Shown one piece after another: positions 55,463 through 64,000 of a DNA stretch of 64,000 nucleotides. A program made the position numbers and the translations under genes. Source of the stretch: Octopus vulgaris (Eukaryota); the NCBI GenBank assembly GCA_951406725.2, contig OX597826.1, forward strand, positions 24,986,001 to 25,050,000. Direction: 5' to 3'. The notes under the pieces are model-generated. The model searched no databases. It saw only the letters and a list, made by a program, of their open reading frames with translations, and was not told where the DNA came from. Position 1 is the stretch's first letter. Every line of letters starts with the position of its first letter.

Positions 55463-55522
<60 letters not shown>

Positions 55523-55602
55523 TTGCCTTCTACTATAGCCTCGGGTCGGCCAAAGCCTTGTGAGTGGATTTGGTTGGCGGAAATTGAAAGATGTCCATCG
55601 TA

Positions 55603-55691
<89 letters not shown>

Positions 55692-55745
55692 ATGTGTCTG
55701 TTTGTCCTCCACCATCGCTTGACAACTATATATATATATATATAT

Positions 55746-56068
55746 TCCAAGTTAGAGGTTGTGAATCCAAGCAGCTAAGAGATAATATCTATCCAATAAA
55801 CTGCTGAGGTATTTTTGCCTCTTGGCTGAAACAGCTGTAAGTTATTTTCCCAATTTATATTCATGCATGTTATATTGTAATAATTACTGGTATCTTTATA
55901 TATTAATATATTTTATATCTTATATGTAAAGCATAATATGTTATACATGTATGTATATTCTTGTAATTGTCAGTTTAGTAAATAAATAAATAAGTTGACA
56001 TAATTTAATGTCTAAAAGTTGATGAACCACCTATTCATCCCCTCCATTTTCTTATTGCTCTCTCTCTC
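55746..56068 (+). repeat. Right arm of outer inverted repeat; contains hammerhead-like motif at 55795-55846
   Basis: AATAAA-CTGCTGA-GGT...GCT-GAAA-CAGCTG-TA-AGTTATT with palindromic stem III ACAGCTGT. Confidence 0.85.
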
Positions 56069-56113
56069 TCTATCTCTCTCTCTCTCTCTATACATATATA
56101 TATATATGCCTTC

Positions 56114-56447
<334 letters not shown>

Positions 56448-56466
56448 ATATATATATATATATATG

Positions 56467-56649
56467 GAGGCAAAGGAGTGGCTGTGTGATAAGTAGTTTG
56501 CTTACCAGCCACACGTTTCCGGGTTCAGTCCCACTGCGTGGCACCTCGGGCAAATGTCTTCTACTATAGCCTCGGGTCGGCCAAAGCCTTGTGAGTGGAT
56601 TTGGTAGGCGGAAATTGAAAGATGTCCATCGTATACATACATACATACA

Positions 56650-56685
<36 letters not shown>

Positions 56686-56905
56686 TGTGTGTGTGTGTGT
56701 GTGTGTTTATGTGTATGTTTTTCCCCCACCATCGCTTGAAAACTGATGGTGTGTTTGCGTACCTGTAACTTAGCGGTTACGCAAAAGAGACCGATTGAAT
56801 AAGTACTATGCTTACAAAGAATAAGTCGTGCGATCGATTTGTTCGACTAAAGGCGGTGCTCCAGCATGGCCGCAATCAAATGACTGAAACAAATAAAAGA
56901 ATAAA
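56467..56905 (+). mobile_element. SINE family A, full length (partial copies also at ~661-850, 3010-3105, 27385-27610, 48930-49095, 52725-52862, 55524-55727)
   Basis: Head, CORE-like segment, microsatellite and tail all present. Confidence 0.88.
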
Positions 56906-56911
56906 ATAATA

Positions 56912-56975
<64 letters not shown>

Positions 56976-56982
56976 TATATAT

Positions 56983-57036
<54 letters not shown>

Positions 57037-57470
57037 GCACGTTAGAATGTTCATGTGTATATCTGTGTGTTCGTGTCTGTGCGCGTGAGCATGTAAAGCG
57101 AGTGGCAGAGAGGGAAAGAGAGAGAGAGAGAGAGTAGTGAAAGAGGGAGAGAGAGGGGGGAGCGATGGAAAGGAGCGAAAGAGAGAATGAAGAAGCTATG
57201 CAGAGGAGCTGTTATCCTAACGACTTATTTGGTTTCATCAACTTCCTCATACGTCAAATGGTAGTACTTCAAATTTCGATTGTGCGGCGGATCATCGTCG
57301 CCGCATCATCATCATCATCATCATCATCGTTCAACATCACTGCTGTTGCTGACATAATTTGTAGTTGTTGATGAGGATGATGGTAGTGTGGTTATGGTGG
57401 TGATGGTAGTGGTGGTAGTAGTAATGATAATGTTGATGACGATAATGATGATTATAATGATTATTATCAT

Positions 57471-57513
<43 letters not shown>

Positions 57514-58683
57514 GTGGTGGTGGTGATGCTGAATTTGTTGACGTTGCCATTATCATCATTCTTATTAACATTATTGGCATTGCTATCATCATCGTCATCA
57601 ACATCATCATCATCAACAACAACAGCAGCAGTAGCAACGACAGAGGCAGCAGGTCATTATCATCACTAAACGAACCACTTTCACATTCATCATGATCATC
57701 ATTTCATCATTTTCCTCCTCATCATCATCATCGTCATCTTCGTCGTTGCTGTTAAGGTCGTCTCCACCACCACCACCACCACTTTACAAATTATCACAAT
57801 AATTATGAACAATTTTCGTCATCCCCATCGTTCTTCGTCGCCATCACTATTGTTAAGATCACTATCATCTACCACTGATCTACCACTTATCACCATATCA
57901 TCGCAACTAACATCATCATACTCGTCTTCCTCATCGTCATATTTGTTCACCACCACCACCGCCACCGCCACCACCACCACCACCACCACCACCACCACCA
58001 CCACCAGTACTATCACCGTTTTTCTCATGCCATCCTCTACATCATCATCATCATTATTATTAACATAATCATGTTGTAGACAATATTAACGGCTGTCACC
58101 TCTAAGTAGCTTTCATAACACCGTGTTATAAAGGAATGTAGATTAAATGAGTGAGTGAGAAAGAGAGAGAGAGAGGGAGGACAACAGAAATGGAATGACA
58201 GAGTGAGAAAAAGATAGATAAAGAAACATGTATAAAAATCTTAATAACACCGCGAAAAACAACCCACCCTTCTCAAACAAGGTACAAGAAATCCGGGTGT
58301 TTAGTGTGTAAGTACAGCAAGTGGGTAGACATAATATTAATCAGAAGTGTGTATCTAATTAAATGCAAGTGTATATATATATATATATATACACATACAC
58401 ACACACACATACACACATATATATGCACAGACACACATACACTCACATACACATATGCACATATGCATATATACATACATATATATATATGTATATGTAT
58501 ATATTTATACATATATACATACATAATTATTTATGTATATATATATATATACACATACATAAATATTTACAAAAAAAGCAAAAGACGAAGACGGGTATGT
58601 AAACAACAAACAGATGTATTAGTTTAATACATACATTCATACATACATACATGCACATATATATATGTATATACATACATATA

Positions 58684-58725
<42 letters not shown>

Positions 58726-58732
58726 AACGCTC

Positions 58733-59156
58733 ATAATTACTTATGGCTGAGTCAGTTTTGAGTAACTAATACCATTCTATTCGACCGAACACTCGTGTTG
58801 AATAATTTCTTTTTGCGCTTGCAAGTGTTTCAAACCACCATCCCATATGTATGCACAAGTCCTTATGAAAGATCTTCTCAGGGTAAACAACACAATATTC
58901 TCTGTTCTAATATAACCTCCACATTAAGTTTGGAAATCAAAATTACCGTGTGTGTATGTATGTATGTATGTATGTATGTATGTATGTATGTATGTATGTA
59001 TGTATGTATGTATGTATGTATGTATGTATGTATGTATGTATGTATGTATGTACACACACGCACATAAAAATAATTACTTATGACTGAGTCAGTTTTGAGT
59101 AACTAATACCATTCTATTCGACCGAACACTCGTGTTGAGTAATATCTTTTTGGCGC
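58733..59156. repeat. ~86-bp direct repeat pair (58733-58818, 59070-59156)
   Basis: ATAATTACTTATG(G/A)CTGAGTCAG...GAACACTCGTGTTGA, few mismatches. Confidence 0.9.
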
Positions 59157-59730
59157 ATATTTTTTCTTAAGGCTTAAGGCTGTATCATGCGCGGGGACAT
59201 AGAAATAATCGGACTGAATACCCGATCGCGCGGTTAAACCATTGGGAGTGAAGGACTCCTAGCCTTTGTTAGGGCATCCTTCTAGGTAACTCAGGTAACT
59301 GGGATAACTCCGACATAAAACATGCGGCTCAATGGTTACCGATGATGTTGACATATTCTTCTTTTCGGATTATGGCTGCTGTTGCTTAATGAGTGGGATT
59401 GACTCAGTGCACAGCCTTTCCTCACTTAAAAAAATATCTTCTTGCACAGGCATTGCACGATAACATTGTTCATGATTGTTGATGGTGCTGTGAGTCTCAA
59501 CTGAATGGCTGGCTGTAGCCTTAAAAAGCAAATAAAAGTCACATTCGATCACAGCACCAATAACAGTTAAGCTTCGTGCAATGGCCATACTCGATAACGA
59601 GGGGCAGCTATCATCATGTATGTATGTATGTATGTATGTATGTATGTATGTATGTATGTATGCATGTATGTATGTATGTATGTATGCATGCATGCATGCA
59701 TGTATGTATGTATGTATGTATGTATGTATG

Positions 59731-59767
<37 letters not shown>

Positions 59768-59768
59768 T

Positions 59769-59806
<38 letters not shown>

Positions 59807-59822
59807 GAGAGAGAGAGGGATG

Positions 59823-59908
<86 letters not shown>

Positions 59909-59924
59909 CACACACGAACACACA

Positions 59925-60128
59925 CGAGGGAGTGCTGAAAAGTTCCTGGCTTTAAGGGTGTCGCGAAAGTCCTGGCTGGAGGCCCATCCTTCAGAGTTCT
60001 TTTACAAGTCTTAGAGAACCCGAAGGACCACAATAAGTGTTTAAATCTTAGAGGGGAATATGTTGAATAAAATCATTATTAACTGATCGTCGTGTATTTT
60101 CTTTTACCCAAAGCCATTAACTTTTCAG

Positions 60129-60131
<3 letters not shown>
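59925..60131 (+). mobile_element. mariner-derived MITE (internal deletion derivative)
   Basis: TIRs GTGCTGAAAAGTTCCTGGCTTT / AAAGCCATTAACTTTTCAGCAC; retains transposase C-terminus KCLNLRGEYVE*. Confidence 0.78.
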
Positions 60132-60183
<52 letters not shown>

Positions 60184-60339
60184 CATTTTTAAAAAAAATT
60201 TCTTATTTGTTGGTTACACAGAGTAACATTAGTTTCATGTAGAGAGCGATATTTCTCTCAATATGAAACCAAAAGCAGCCTGGTTAATCCACAAATGATA
60301 TGCATATATATATATATATATAAACAAATAAACAAATCA

Positions 60340-63321
60340 CCAAAACAATTAAAACCATCCACTCTCGCCTCAACATTGTTGCTTAATGCCCAAGGCATCA
60401 GCTCTTCCATCAATATCCAAAAATGGAAGATAAGATTCCTGGAGGACTGGGTCGATGCCCATCCAAACCACATCCCTTTCTTCGTCCTCACTGAAACCCA
60501 TCTTAGTAACCTTCACTTGGAAGCTGAGGTGAAAGTTAAAAATGTCAAAGCCATTCGTGCTGATCGTGCTGGCAGAAGAAAGGGTGGGACTGCCATTTAT
60601 GTTCATGATTCATTCTCAACAGAAGCTATGAACATATTTTCCAATGGATACTGCGAAGCAGTCGCTGTATTCAGTCAAACCAACAACTTAACAGTAGTTG
60701 GGCTCTACAGACCACCCCAAACGCCCCTACCATGCTTCAAGGCATGCCTCAACAACATAAAGTGTTTCATTCAGCAGTGTCAACCTGACAACATTTTAAT
60801 GATGGGAGACTTCAACCTTCCCGGGGTTGACTGGTCTACAAACAGTCTGCCGCCAGGTTCTTCTCTCTCAACCCCTGACAGGGAGGCAGTGGAATCGCTT
60901 CTTGACTTCATGGATGATTTCTGTCCCAACTGGTGCTCGAACCAACGAGATGTCATAAAAACGTCTTAGACTTAATTTTCAGCAATCACACTGATACTAT
61001 CCACAATATTGCAGTGGAGAAAACCCTACTCTCTGATCATGACATGGTTCTCTGTGATCTGAGATTTCACTGGCCAAAATGCAAAACAAATGTCATCCCT
61101 CCTGTTCATCCATTTGACACTATGGATTTCCACAATGCAAACTGGGAAGCGATCAATAATGATCTTGCACAAGTCGATTGGTCCTTCACGCACACATACA
61201 CACCCACTAACATCAAAAAGTCCTGGCAGTCATTTGTAGACACCATTACGAACATATGTGCAGAACACACCCCATTAAGATCTGCAAACAAATCTAAGTG
61301 TCGAATCCCTAGAAATAGAAAATCTCTCATCAGGAAAATTAAAAGAATTAACAAAAAAATCAACAAGCTGAATACTGTCAACAGCAACACACCAACCTGA
61401 CTGCCATCTCGTCGCTAGAGATTAAAAAACATAAACTCCAAAACAACATGATGTCTATCATCAATAGTCAGCGAAGAGCTGAAGAGGCCAGGGCCATTGA
61501 GAAGATCAAACTCAATCCCAAAGTGTTCTTTTCATTTGCAAAAAAAAACACAGAGTCACTGGTTCTACTGTTGGCCCTCTGATTGATGAAAATGGTACTC
61601 TTCAAGACAATGCCAAAACCATGGGAGAGATATTGCAGAAACAATATTGCTCTGTTTTCAGCAATCCTGATATGACTGATCTGGGCTGTATCAGTGATGT
61701 TACTCCCCAATACACTTTATCGGGCATAACCTTTGGCGCTCCTGATGTCTTAGCAGCAATAAAGGAAATGAAGCATAATTCAGCAGTAGGTCCCGATAGG
61801 TTCCCTGCTTGTGTCTTGAAGATGTGTCAAAACCAACTTGCACCCCCTCTAGCCAATCTGTGGCGGAACTCACTGGATGCTGGATATATACCAGAAGACC
61901 TTCTATCCCAGTCTGTTGTCCCAGTTTTCAAAAAAGGAAACAAATCGCTTGCCGTGAATTACCGTCCAATCTCACTCACCTCTCATATCATTAAGGTATT
62001 TGAGAGAGTGCTGAGATCGCGTATGACTCACTTCCTTGAGAGTCATAATATGCTGAACTCCAACCAGCATGGATTCCGTAATAGAAGAGATTACCTGACG
62101 CAGCTACTGCATCATTTTGATGATATTTTCAGAGCCTTGGGAGAGGGTTCCAACACTGATGTCATCTACCTTGATTTCAGCAAGGCCTTTGACAGGGTTG
62201 ATCATAAGATCCTTCTGAGAAAGCTGTCCAATATTGGTGTCACTGGAAAGCTGCTGCAGTGGATCAAGTGCTTCCTGTCTAACAGAACCCAACATGTTGT
62301 AGTCGAAGGAGTCAAATCCAGCCCAGCCAAAGTCAGCAGTGGTGTCCCACAAGGCACTGTGTTGGGCCCACTTCTCTTCATCATCTACATAAATGATATT
62401 ACTGACACCATCAAACACAGTAACATCAGAACCTTCGCTGATGATTCCAAGCTCTAGAAGGTCATCAATGGCGTGGATGACCGAATAAGCCTTCAGTCAA
62501 ACCTACTGGCTGTTGTCCAATGGGCGGAAAAGAACAACATGTTGCTAAACGAAGACAAATTCGAACTGATCCATTTTGGAAGGGAGGACGCTCTGAAACT
62601 CCCATACTCCCTTCCTTCTGGAGAAATTATCATGGCGTCCAACAACATCAGAGACTTGGGAGTAACAGTGGACAACAACATAAGCTGGGCTACACATATA
62701 AGCAGCAAAGTTGACATGGCCCGCAGAATGCGTTCCTGGATTCTCAGAACCTTCCAGTCGAGAGATTCCCACAGTATTATCCTTCTCTTCTCCACTTTTG
62801 CCCGACCCCACCTTGAATACTGCTGTCCACTGTGGTCTCCCTACACAAAACAAAATATTATGAGAATTGAAGCTTCCCAAAGGTCAATCACAAAAAAGAT
62901 AGATGGCATGTCAGACCTTGACTGCTGGGGTAGACTAGAGAAGCTGAAACTGTAATCACTCCAACGACGCCGTGAACGCTACATTATCTGTATGATGTGG
63001 AAAATATTCCATCAGCACTGTCCGAATGATGTTGGCATCACCTTCAAAATACATCCAAGGCTTGGACCACGTGCCATCCGTCCACAACAAAAATCTAAAT
63101 CGCATCACATAACGACAATACGGCACAATTATTTCACCTCAATTGGACCCGCTCTCTTCAACATTACACCAGGACACGTCAAAACAGAAACTGACCACAC
63201 AAAATTCAAGAAGTCTTTGGACAAATTCCTTCAAACAGTCCTGGAAAAACCACCCACACCCGGATATGTCTCCGCAAACAATAACTCTCTGCTCGAATGG
63301 GCCTCGGTGCCCAAATCCTGA
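60340..63321 (+). pseudogene. LINE ORF2 (endonuclease-reverse transcriptase) pseudogene
   Basis: Consecutive ORF pieces join into one APE-RT protein interrupted by about 5 lesions. Confidence 0.9.
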
Positions 63322-63410
63322 ATTGAAAGACTTCGCCAGGTGGTGCTATTAAGTTAGACATGGCCTGGGCCAATACTGGCCAAAACTTTTCTAAGTTATT
63401 CTAAGTTATA
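60340..63410 (+). mobile_element. CR1/L2-group LINE, 5'-truncated, with essentially complete but disrupted ORF2 (APE endonuclease + reverse transcriptase) and 3' UTR
   Basis: APE motifs in ORF 60295-60969 (LNAQGI, LTETHL, KGGTAIYV, GLYRPP, MGDFNLP) and LDLIF/LSDH in 60933-61400. RT motifs in 61621-62457 (NYRPISLTS, QHGFR, YLDFSKAFDRVDH, SGVPQGTVLGPLLF, FADD). C-terminal RPHLEYCCPLWSP. Ends in short tandem repeat (TTCTAAGTTA)2. Broken by frameshifts near 60925 and 61545 and stops at 61398, 62455 and 62953. Confidence 0.93.
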
Positions 63411-63427
63411 TAGATATGTTTGGATTA

Positions 63428-63497
<70 letters not shown>

Positions 63498-63500
<3 letters not shown>

Positions 63501-63682
63501 AGACTTTACGATAAAAACAAAAGACGAAGACAGGTGGTGTACAAAACAAACAGGTGTGTATTAGTATAACGCTCAGGAATAGAAAAAGTTTTTTACATTT
63601 CGAGCCTACGTTCTTCTACAGAAAGGGACACAGAAAAAAACAAGGAGGGGAACAAGGAGAGAAAAAATGTGTGTAGTGGCTA
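63498..63682 (-). mobile_element. Related pLTR-like fragment with degenerate hammerhead at 63591-63624
   Basis: Minus: TTT-CTGTAGA-AGAAC(GTAG)GCTC-GAAA-TG-TA-AAA followed by TTCCTGAGCG as at 56352; a tail stub also at ~58565-58627. Confidence 0.55.
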
Positions 63683-63699
63683 ATGCATACATACATACA

Positions 63700-63733
<34 letters not shown>

Positions 63734-64000
63734 AATACATATAAAGTATGTATGTATATATGTTTATACACACACACACACACTCACACATAAATATAGT
63801 AACAATAATAATAATAATCCATGGATGGAATTTATAAATATTTTAATGTATCGTCATGTGCATTTCCACAAATCACATGTATTTGTGACCACAGTCTACA
63901 TTGCTGGGATGATTACAATACAATATGTAATATCCATGGGAATCAGATGGGCCTTTGTTCATGCGTTCATTTCTTCGGGCGATATGGCATTAAAATTGGA

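Larger units (their letters stand above)
53862..55467 (+). repeat. Tandem array of a 643-645 bp hammerhead-containing unit (~2.5 copies; retrozyme / Penelope pLTR-like)
   Basis: GAAACATGATGTTCACAG recurs at 53862, 54507 and 55150; units differ only by a few substitutions and homopolymer lengths. Confidence 0.95.

Noticed and set aside
57300-58070. Ser/Thr- or Met/Val-rich mucin-like ORFs (also 43114-43520)
   Set aside because: Degenerate (CAT)/(CAC)/(GAT) microsatellite mosaic with stops and no splice or domain evidence
60230-60270. Hairpin GTTTCATGT-AGAGAG...CTCTC-A-ATATGAAAC upstream of the LINE
   Set aside because: No CUGANGA box on either strand; cannot assign a function
61621-62457. 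Intact functional reverse transcriptase gene
   Set aside because: Stop codon immediately after FADDSKL and upstream frameshifts; pseudogenised LINE

Overview
Repeat-saturated, AT-rich animal DNA. The SINE repertoire and the dense (TA)n/(CA)n/(TATG)n/(TAA)n microsatellites resemble an octopus (coleoid cephalopod) intergenic or intronic region; this is inferred from pattern recognition, not a database search. I find no convincing host protein-coding exon, and almost all listed ORFs are microsatellite translations. Mobile DNA present: a near-complete but disrupted CR1/L2-group LINE ORF2 (60.3-63.4 kb), a full-length dead mariner (45868-47155), RTE, Tx1-like, Dong/R4-like and HERO-like non-LTR fragments, Helitron/Helentron-like and hAT-like non-autonomous elements, and many copies of four tRNA-derived SINE families (labelled A-D here). 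The most striking structure is at 53.1-56.1 kb: a young (~99% identical) 643-645 bp tandem array plus an inverted partial copy. Each unit junction forms a type I hammerhead ribozyme motif with an unusually long AT-rich stem II. The array is nested inside a second inverted pair of repeats carrying a different hammerhead-like motif. This looks like a retrozyme / Penelope-like system that could yield a ~643-nt circular RNA. Further hammerhead-like motifs from several other families are dispersed across the window.
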